The translations under genes were made by a program, and so were the position numbers. Below are positions 63,715-64,000 of a DNA stretch of 64,000 nt, piece after piece. The stretch comes from Macrostomum lignano (Eukaryota), in NCBI GenBank assembly GCA_002269645.1, contig NIVC01000728.1, positions 62,001 to 126,000 on the forward strand. The letters are read 5' to 3'. The notes beneath the pieces are model-generated. The model had not been told where the DNA came from and did no database searches. It saw nothing but the letters and a program-made list of their open reading frames with translations. How positions within the stretch are numbered: position 1 is the first letter of the stretch; the number at the start of each line of letters is the position of its first letter.

Positions 63715-64000
63715 GGAATCATTGCTCATTGTCTATGGTCTGAGGGTGAATCATTTCTCAGTGTCCATGGGCTGAGGGTGAATCATTGCTCAGTGTCTAT
63801 GATCTAAGGGTGCATCATTGCTCAGTGTCCATGGGCTGAGGGTGAATCATTGCTCAGTGTCTATGATCTGAGGGTGCATCATTGCTCATTGTCTATGATC
63901 TGAGGGTGAATCATTGCTCAGTGTCTATGATCTGAGGGTGCATCATTGCTCATTGTCTATGATCTGAGGGTAAATCATTGCTCAGTGTCTATGATCTGAG
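63715..64000. repeat. 32-bp minisatellite running off the window
   Basis: Unit gaatcattgctcagtgtctatgatctgagggt. Confidence 0.9.

Overview
This is eukaryotic (animal) genomic DNA with GT-AG introns, GC-rich exons and introns packed with minisatellites. The style resembles a free-living flatworm such as Macrostomum, but that is an inference and was not verified. By manual splice reconstruction the window contains: (1) a complete ~28 kb type I ferlin gene (myoferlin/dysferlin-like; 29 phase-consistent exons, ~2119 aa, plus three candidate microexons); (2) a recent Penelope-like retroelement insertion (RT + GIY-YIG) in tandem-plus-inverted arrangement, with two minimal hammerhead ribozymes, one of which contains the ORF start codon; (3) a single-exon Shisa-like six-cysteine membrane protein; (4) a two-exon neuropeptide precursor with seven YYWPGMW peptides that I do not recognise; (5) an orphan minus-strand coding exon; (6) a MITE with an 8-bp target-site duplication and two tRNA-derived SINE families, one CORE-type; (7) an ankyrin-repeat gene running off the right edge, with an intronless peptide-type GPCR nested antisense in one intron and, in another, a textbook recursive-splice-like site between two inverted satellite arrays. 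Most long ORFs in the supplied track are artefacts of tandem repeats. No database search was possible, so novelty claims are provisional.
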